DNA from: Macrostomum lignano
Taxonomy: Eukaryota
Length of the DNA stretch: 64,000 nucleotides
Assembly: GCA_002269645.1 (NCBI GenBank)
Contig: NIVC01000010.1
Location: 1,550,001-1,614,000, forward strand
Direction of reading: 5' to 3'
Shown: positions 61,822 through 64,000 of the stretch, piece by piece
How positions within the stretch are numbered: the first letter of the stretch is position 1
How the letters are laid out: every line of letters begins with the position of its first letter
Position numbers and translations under genes: made by a program
The notes under the pieces: model-generated
Told to the model about the DNA's origin: nothing
Databases searched by the model: none
Seen by the model: the letters and a program-made list of their open reading frames with translations, nothing else

Positions 61822-62229
61822 CATTACAATTTTATCAGAGGGGACATTTCGCATACAGCACAGCTGTTCTCATTCCATATCTGATGGCTACAGACCGAAC
61901 AAGACCCGATCGCAGGAGCAGACAGAGGGCGAGAGAGAGAGAGAGAAATAAGTTTTCATCGAGGCCTCACCGCCTCCCACTTAGTTATCGCGGGCAGAGA
62001 GGGTTCGATGGGATATATTTCCATATATTTTCCTTTTCCCTTCCCTCCTACTTTCCATCTATTCGCACTTTCTTCCCCACCCCGCCTCTGGGCCAATGAG
62101 CAGCTGCACTCAGAGGGATCAGGATGGGAGATTGGAGACAGACAGAGCGAGAGGGAGACAGCATAAGAGGCTGATGGTGGAGAAACGAAGCGATATGGGA
62201 ACTGGGATTGCAGCCAGCGCTAGGCAGGC

Positions 62230-62825
62230 ATGCAGCACCAGCGCGAGTTGCCCGCCACCCCAGCGAGGCGCCGGCAGCTGCCGCAGACTCCTCCGTCATC
62301 GTCGACAGACAGTCAGAAGCCGCTGACGATCGCGAGCAGGTCGGACTCGTTCCAGCGCTTGCGAGTCCTGTTCTCAGAGGACGCGCCCCGGAGACCGCGC
62401 CAGGAGGCGGCGCCGGCCTCAGCGGCCAGACAGAGGCGGTTCGGCCTGACCTACTTGAGGTTCGCTGCCGCTGACGCCGCGGAGGCCACCGTGCCGGAGC
62501 GGTTCAGCAATGCGCTGGACTTCCTGCCCGAGTGTCCGCGCCAGCGAGTCTGCTCGCTGTTCGGCGCACCCCGCCGGCTGTTCGTGTCCCCCACTGCCGG
62601 GGTCAATAGGACTGGCAGCCTGAAGGACTGGCAGCAGCGGAGGCAGCAGCAGCAGGAACGACAGCAGGCGGCCCCAGCAAATCCAGCATCACTGAGATCG
62701 CAGCCTCATCAGGCGCTCAGCCGCATCGCTGGTTGCGGCAGTTTCCGCTTGAAGCTGGGCGCGAACTGTCGCAAGCTAGCCGGTTCCTGCCCCTCATGCC
62801 AGGCCATGCTGTTCTACCTTTCCAG
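62230..62825 (+). CDS. Probable third, internal first-exon extension of PKG I, contiguous and in frame with exon 5
   Basis: In-frame TAG at 62221-62223, ATG at 62230, then 198 stop-free GC-rich codons reading through the exon-5 acceptor into SVPAFKDL. Confidence 0.55.
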
Positions 62826-63062
62826 CGTGCCGGCCTTCAAGGACCTGCCAGCGGAGACTCTGAGCAAGCTGGCCGACGCGCTCGAGGCGGACCACTATCC
62901 CAGCGGGGAGTACATCATCCGGCAGGGGGCCAAGGGCAACACGTTCTACATCATCGCCAAGGGGGCGGTGGAGGTGACGCGGCGGGACTCCACCACAGGG
63001 GAGGAGGTGTTCATCCGGAATATGAACCGCGGCGACTGGTTCGGCGAGAAGGCGCTTAAAGA
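62826..63062 (+). CDS. PRKG1: PKG I exon 5 (CNB-B, first part)
   Basis: Acceptor CTTTCCAG|C, phase 2; [21 protein letters not shown]...[15 protein letters not shown]...[10 protein letters not shown]; donor GA|GTGAGA. The gene continues past the window. Confidence 0.97.
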
Positions 63063-63409
63063 GTGAGATTATCGCTAATCTGTTTAATCGCTGTCGAATA
63101 GGCAGAGGCAAAGAAATTGAAGAAGAAAATTGCTTGAATATTTTTCGACAGGGATTTGTGTTGAAGATTGCTTGAAAGCAGGTGTTCTTGGCTTTTTGCT
63201 TTTTTTATTACACTAGGGAGAGGAAAATTGCTCAAAGCACTGGGCAGCCAGCAGATTCTTAGTATTTAGGGGGGGTATTTCTCTTTTTTAACAAAAAAAC
63301 GAAAAAAAGAAAAATTCACACAAAGCAAAAAGCACGTGGAAATGATAATGCAATTTTAATTGCTAAATTAACACGGGAAGGCGCGGTTACAGGTTACAGT
63401 TGGCAGTAG

Positions 63410-63945
63410 AATAAGAAGTAGATACTAGAATGAGAAGTAGATAATTAGAATGAGAAGTAGGTAACTAGAATGAGAAGTAGATACTAGAATGAGAAGTAGA
63501 TACTAGAATGAGAAGTAGATACTAGAATGAGAAGTAGATACTAGAATGAGAAGTAGATACTAGAATGAGAAGTAGATACTAGAATGAGAAGTAGATACTA
63601 GAATGAGAAGTAGATACTAGAATGAGAAGTAGATAATTAGAATGAGAAGTAGGTAACTAGAATCAGAAGTAGATACTAGAATGAGAAGTAGATAATTAGA
63701 ATAAGTAGTAGGTAACTAGAATGAGAAGTAGAGAATGAGAAGTAGATACTTGAATGAGAAGTAGATACTAGAATGAGAAGTAGATAATTAGAATGAGAAG
63801 TAGATAATTAGAATGAGAAGTAGATAATTAGAATGAGAAGTAGGTAACTAGAATGAGAAGTAGATACTCATTCTAGATACTCACTCTTCTCTACTAGAAC
63901 AAGTAGATACTAGAACAAGAAGTAGATACTATAATGAGAAGAAGA
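63410..63945. repeat. 19-bp minisatellite (ATACTAGAATGAGAAGTAG)
   Basis: Tandem units read directly. Confidence 0.95.
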
Positions 63946-64000
63946 TAGCAGGCACTACATCCGGTAATCAGGAGCCATATGCTTGATATTTTGCATTCGA

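Overview
Eukaryotic, intron-containing, very repeat-rich invertebrate DNA. GC-rich exons with minisatellite-filled introns resemble a free-living flatworm such as Macrostomum, but this taxon call is inference only. Four protein-coding genes were reconstructed by hand with phase-consistent GT-AG introns: (1) a two-pore-domain K+ channel (K2P)-like gene on the - strand (exons 7432-6957, 6214-5584; ~368 aa) whose two selectivity filters have both lost the conserved Thr; (2) a secreted PAN/Apple-like + F-type (fucose) lectin on the - strand (13327-13021, 12202-11799; ~236 aa); (3) a type-II-membrane FkbM-family SAM methyltransferase on the + strand (22684-22847, 23676-23853, 25532-25906, 26941-27405; ~393 aa); (4) the 5' half of a cGMP-dependent protein kinase I (+), with Ialpha-like and Ibeta-like alternative first exons, four shared exons and a probable third internal first exon; its kinase domain lies beyond the window. 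Mobile DNA includes a ~2-kb solo-LTR-like insertion with a 4-bp TSD, a deleted Gypsy relic, CORE-SINEs, a Foldback-like element with an 8-bp TSD, a MITE with a 9-bp TSD at a stop codon, a MULE transposase relic and a minimal hammerhead ribozyme motif. About 25 tandem arrays cover a large fraction of the window and produce most of the long ORFs in the supplied track. No prokaryotic features or CRISPR arrays were found. All homology calls are from motif recognition by eye; no searches were run, and repeat boundaries are approximate.
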